From NCBI GenBank assembly GCA_951406725.2, contig OX597821.1, forward strand, positions 15,376,001-15,440,000: DNA of 64,000 bases, read 5' to 3'. The notes beneath the pieces are model-generated. The model saw only the letters and a list, made by a program, of their open reading frames with translations, ran no database searches and was not told the origin of the DNA. Both the position numbers and the translations under genes were made by a program. The DNA is from Octopus vulgaris. Taxonomy: Eukaryota. How positions within the stretch are numbered: the stretch's first letter is position 1; every line of letters begins with the position of its first letter. Positions 57,769 through 64,000 of the stretch are shown here, piece by piece.

Positions 57769-60700
57769 CAAAAAGAAAAAGTTAAAAGAAGGGAAAAAAG
57801 CGCACTGACCACTCCTGAAAAACGATATGCAGATCCGGTTCGCGGTTACCCAACGAATGGCCAGCTTCACCCAGATGTGAGAAAGGCAGCAGCTGAACAG
57901 CAATCTTTTTTGTGCATGGCACACAAAATTATTCAGCAGCTGACCTGGCTACAAGCATAAAGCTGGAACTACCACCACATAAGGCCACCTCCAACAGATG
58001 TAGGATGGCCACCACAGACACCAACACCAACACACACACCACAAAATATTTCTTCTGAATGTAGGAGGGCTGCTGCGCGGAAACTGTAAAAAGGAAAATC
58101 TCATTCCTGAGAGACCTTGTGACATGCAATCAAGCTATATGCATGGCACTCACAGAAACGCATCTTGAACCCGATACAGGTGATGCAGAAATACACATGC
58201 CGCAATATGCAGTCACACGCACAGATAGAAAAGGGAGGAGCCATGGTGGAGTTGCAATGTACATCCGAGATGACCTCACGCCCCAGGTCCTACTGTCATA
58301 TTCAAACTCAGTATGTGAAACTCAAATTGTACACATAAGACAACTGAATATCGTCATATGCACTACATATCGCCCACCAGATGCCCCAAAACACTCAGGC
58401 ATGTTTGAAGACTGCCTAACAAAAATAGGAGAAGTCCTCACCAACCTTGAACAGCACAACAGTGTATTCTTCATGGGTGACTTTAACCTCCCCAATGTGG
58501 AATGGCCTGGGGGCAGATGCTCCCAGGGATGACACACCATCAGCAGGCACAGGTGGAGTCCCTGCTCCATCTCACAAATGCCTCTTTCATGGAGCAAATA
58601 GTTCTGCAACCAACAAGGGCAGATAATATACTGGATCTCTGCTTCACAAACAATATGGATATTATCCATAATGTTAATGTGATGCCGACAATGATCTCGG
58701 ATCACAACATAATAGAGCTGTCTATGTATGGAACAAAAGCCCCCGCAGACACACAGCCTATACGAAGCACCCACCATCTCTCCAACTTAAACTTTCATAA
58801 AGCCAACTGGAAGTTGATTGAGAAGAGATCCTCAAACAGGATTGGCCTGAATGTCTCTCCACACCGGACATAAACATGAAACACAAACACTTCATGTCCA
58901 TAATACAAGCCATATGTGACAAATATGTCCCAGTGTGCAGGGCCAGCACACACAAGAACAAAAACAGGATCCCTAGAGAAAGGAGGATTCTTATGAGACG
59001 ACGGACAAGGATTGCAAACCGCCTGAGCAAGCACACCAAAAGTGGTGAGAAGTCTCGGCTCGAAAGAATGCTAATGGAAACTGAGAAAAGTCTACATCAG
59101 TCCCATGAAAAGGAGAGAGCAGATAAAGAAGCTTGGGTAATAGAAAATATAAAATCAAACCCTAAAGCTTTCTTTAAGTTTGCCAAAGAGACAGCCACAG
59201 TGCACCAGAGAATAGGACCTCTCTTCCAAAAAGATGGCTCTCTCACAGGAAATCCCACGAGGATAAGTGAAATACTGAACGAACAGTTCCAAAGTGTGTT
59301 CACTACACCTCTAGGACACAGGCAAGTAAACAACCCAGAAGAATTCTTTGCCACTTTACCTGCGGCCAAAGAGACAAAAATTGAGTACATCAACATCGAA
59401 GATGATGATATCACACTAGCCATTGATGAGATTGACACAAACTCAGCTGCTGGACCTGATGGATTCCCAGCGATCCTTCTCAAATCGTGCAAACGAGCCC
59501 TTGCAAAACCGCTACAGCTTCTTTTTCAGAGCTTTCTTGCAAGTGGTAAGCTCCCAGTCAAATTGAAAGAGGGGTAATATGCCCTATCCATAAGGGAGGT
59601 AGCAGAGCAGATGCTAAAAATTATAGGCCTATCTCTCTGACCTCACACATCAGCAAAGTCATGGAACGAATAGTCCGTAAGAAACTAATCATGTTCCTTG
59701 AAGAAAATGACTTGCTGTCTGACACCCAGCATGGATTTCGACCAGGTAGAGGCTGCCTAACACAGCTCCTGCAACACTATGACTGGGTGTTGAAACAGCT
59801 ACTAAATGGCTCAAATGTGGATGTAATATATCTCGACTTTGCAAAAGCCTTTGATAAAGTCGACCATGGTATGATCTGTCACAAACTGCGTGGTCTCGGC
59901 ATAGGCGGGAAACTTGGAGAGTGGCTGCACAACTTCCTAAAAGACAGAAAACAGGCAGTTGTGAGCAATGGAGCCACCTCCAAGGAAACGCAAATAACAA
60001 GCGGTGTCCCACAGGGCACTGTCTTGGGGCCACTGATGTTCATAGTGGCCCTTTCAGACATGCCTTCAGTTGCTACGATGACCACCCTTGCTAGCTATGC
60101 AGATGACACAAAAGTCTCCCACGCAATACAAAACCCTGAAAATATTGCGCATCTGCAACATGAGCTGGACACAATATACAGGTGGGCTGAGGACAACAAC
60201 ATGCAGTTTAATGCAGGTAAGTTCCAGGCCCTGCGCTACTGGCACACAAAGGTAAATGACGTGAAGACTGGATACACTGGCCCAGGAAGAATTGCAATCC
60301 CTGAGTCAAAATCAGTGCGTGACCTGGGCATTGACATGAGCAATGATGCATCTTTCCAAATGCATATTGCTAATCTGGTGATAAAATGCAGACGGCTAGC
60401 TGGATGGATTCTCCGAACTTTCAGAACAAGAGAGAAGGAGACACTGATGGTCCTATGGAAAACATTCGTCCTCAGCCGCTTGGACTACTGCTCCCAACTG
60501 TGGTCACCACACAATATAAAACTAACAGCAGAACTCGAAGCAATTCAGAGAAGCTACACAAAGAAAATCGTCTCAATGCAAAATATCAGCTACTGGGAAA
60601 GACTGAAGGTATTAAACCTCTTCTCCCTAGAGCGGAGGCGGGAGAGATATGCGGTGATATACATCTGGAAAATCCTGGAGGGTCTTGTCCCAAACTTTGG

Positions 60701-61087
60701 CATTCAAAGTTACCTCCAACCGCAGAACGGGGCGCCGCTGCGTGGTGCCAAGGATTCCAACATCACCATCAAAATACAGGTCCAGATACTGCAACAGCTT
60801 GGGTTTCAGAGGACCACAGCTCTTTAACATCCTCCCTAAATGCCTGAGAGACTTACATGGTGTGGATGTGGGTTTCTTTAAAACTAAACTGGATCTCTTC
60901 TTGTTGGGAGTCCCAGATGAACCTACCTCACGACAGGAGACGCGGATGCGGGCAGCAGCATCGAACTCCCTTGTTGATCAAGTGCCACGTATCAGAGGTG
61001 GATTCACAAATTAGTGCAGCTCATTCAGCGGTGGTGCCCCAGCATGGCCGCGGCCTTCGGGCTAAAACATTTTTAAGGATTTAAGGA
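57765..61087 (+). mobile_element. CR1-group non-LTR retrotransposon (APE endonuclease plus RT), 5'-truncated, flanked by (TA)n on both sides
   Basis: APE motifs LTETHL, GGVAMY, YRPP, GDFNLP, ILDL and SDH; RT motifs YRPISL, QHGF, YLDFAKAFDKVDH, GVPQG and YADD; 3' (ttaagga)n tail. Confidence 0.93.
58048..61014 (+). pseudogene. LINE ORF2 (endonuclease-reverse transcriptase) broken by several single-base frameshifts
   Basis: Consecutive ORF pieces 58119-58532, 58502-58873, 58876-59577, 59661-60827 and 60685-61014 join into one polyprotein. Confidence 0.88.
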
Positions 61088-61675
<588 letters not shown>

Positions 61676-62141
61676 TACATACATACACACACACACAAAC
61701 AAACAGACACACACGCACGCACGCACACACATGGAACTCAAAAGACATGAAAATCAATGGAGAAATACGTTTCATGTTGCGGAACTCTACATTAAGGCAA
61801 GATATTTATGAACGTAATGATTGCGAAACCGCGAGAATGCATGTTATATATTTATATATACGCATTCACGTATATGAATATAGAGGCATAAACAATTATG
61901 CACGCACACAAAGACACAGAAACACAGAAACACTTCCCTACATACACATATATTATGACAAGGTGCTTGTGCATACCTGAATTTATGTACATGTGCGTGT
62001 ATGTGTCGTTTTGTCGTGGAAGGTTATAACCATAGTGTAACTCGAAAGATAACTATATCCAAGTGAAGAGACCAATTTTATAGTGATGCTGTATGATAAA
62101 ATCTGCTGGTATTGTACGTATGGTAGCTGTGATTGATATAT

Positions 62142-62542
62142 ACTCTTTTACTTGTTTCAGTCATTTTTGACTGCGGCCATGCTGGAGCACCGCCTTTAGT
62201 CGAGCAACCCGACCCCAGGACTTATTCTTTGTAAGCCTAGTACTTATTCTGTCGGTCTCTTTTGCCGAACCGCTAAGTGACGGGACTTAAACACACCAGC
62301 ATCGGTTGTCAAGCAATTCTAGGGGGACAAACACAGACACACAAACACACACACACACAAATATATATATACATATATACGACAGGCTTCTTTCAGTTTC
62401 CGTCTACCAAATCCACTCACAAGGCATTGGTCGGCCCGGGGCTATAGCAGAAGACAATTGCCCAAGATGCCACGCAGTGGGACCGAACCCAGAACCATGT
62501 GGTTGGTAAGCAAGCTACTTACCACATAGCCACTCCTGCGCC
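62142..62542 (-). mobile_element. SINE family A
   Basis: Full-length reverse-complement match. Confidence 0.92.
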
Positions 62543-64000
62543 TATGGTCACAGCCAGTGTACAAAACCTGTATTGTACAACAAATTTAATCCCGTATTCC
62601 AATAGAGTAGCTATAATTTCTTTTGCAGTTACATACTAGGATATGAGCGCTCCACAACCATACAGACATGCAAGTACGCACGTTCATACACACACTCAAC
62701 TAATATATACACATACATACACGTTTAATCTAACATGTATATATGCGAATGTATAGTAAGTCTCTCCACGATAGGCACATGGCCTGGAAATTTGGGGAAT
62801 CGGGAAAGAAGAAAGGCGAAGTCAACCACAGCAGAATTTGATCTCTGAACGTTAAGTTATGCAAAATGTTGCTAAGCATTCTATCAGCTGTGCTAACGAT
62901 CTGCCGGCTCTCAGCCTGTTGCGAATGTCTAATAACGTAAAACAGACAGAGGTTGCATTTACAAAATGCATATGTTTATATCCTAGGAAGTATTGCTTAG
63001 AAGTAAAATGTCGTAAGAACAAATGTGCGTAAGTTTCTCCACATATTTCAATAATCACCAACACTTTCTAAACTGCACGTCTCATATTAACCCAGCAGAA
63101 TACTCTATCTTGTATTGCCACGCTACAAATTCCATGTTAAATTCTTCTTCATATATTTACCAATATATTTGTTATTATGATCGACCTTCATCACATTAAT
63201 CAAAGCCGTTGCAATGCCACTATGCTATCAATGAATGCTTGTTGATTTTGTTTATGAACAAAATCAATATTAAATTACTCCGATGACAACATAACACACT
63301 AGACAAATGTTTATATTTGTATTTATATTTTCATTTCTAACTTAAATTTGTTAAATTTATTTGAGGGGGAAAATATTGATTTGGAAAATAGGCACAGCAT
63401 CTAACAAACAGTTGATTGAAGTCGGCAACCAGTTTAATGGTAATAATTAATTTATTCACTCCCAAAAGAGTGACCAGTAAAAGTTGACGTTTGGGAGATT
63501 GGAATTTAAAGCACATTGAGTGATTAACAAGTAATCTTTGCAGCCGCGTTTCTTCGAGTTCTGTACCAGTGCACGGTAGCTCGAGCAAGCGTCTTGTAGA
63601 ATACCTCCGGTACGATTTCAAGCTCAAATTTACGGCCTCCACATAAGACCGTTGTTGGTGGAAAGTACATGCAGAGGCCTTCTTCCTGTAGTGGTCTGAA
63701 CTTAAGCAATCCAATCCAATACACACTTATATACATACACAGACACACAGATAAATCTACTCCCCGCTCACACAACCTATATATATATAGGTATTTTACT
63801 TAGCATTAAATTTTACGGTAGTTGGTGTCGGGTGACGTCGAAGGATTCGAGTCACGTACCCGCCTTCTGACAACTTTTTTCCGTCTCATAAGGGTAAATA
63901 CGCAATTTTTCTCTGCCGATTTTACAGGTTTACTGCGCTTGTCTGCAAAATATATTTACGAGATTATAGCAAAGACTTCCTAGACTAATTATGTTTAATA

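Noticed and set aside
61070-61087. ttaagga repeats as telomeric sequence
   Set aside because: Only two units, forming the LINE 3' terminal repeat, and not TTAGGG.

Overview
AT-rich, repeat-saturated animal DNA. The SINE/LINE repertoire and very long (TA)n/(AAT)n runs suggest an octopus (coleoid cephalopod) genome; this is an inference from repeat content. Almost all ORFs in the supplied track are microsatellite artefacts. Supported features: one probable first coding exon plus promoter on the minus strand (5486-6500); three abundant tRNA-derived SINE families; CR1-group APE-RT LINEs embedded in (TA)n (one near-complete ORF2, one probable assembly-artefact duplicate, older fragments); mariner, maT/Tc1 and pogo-type DNA transposon relics; and mini/microsatellites. 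The most interesting signal is a set of at least seven unrelated short non-coding elements carrying type I hammerhead-ribozyme motifs with palindromic helix III. Most sit between (TA)n runs and several form fold-back inverted repeats, which is Penelope-like/retrozyme architecture. One of them is a tRNA-headed, (AAT)n-containing, hammerhead-tailed element found twice as a head-to-head inverted pair. All alignments and folds were done by eye, and repeat boundaries are approximate.
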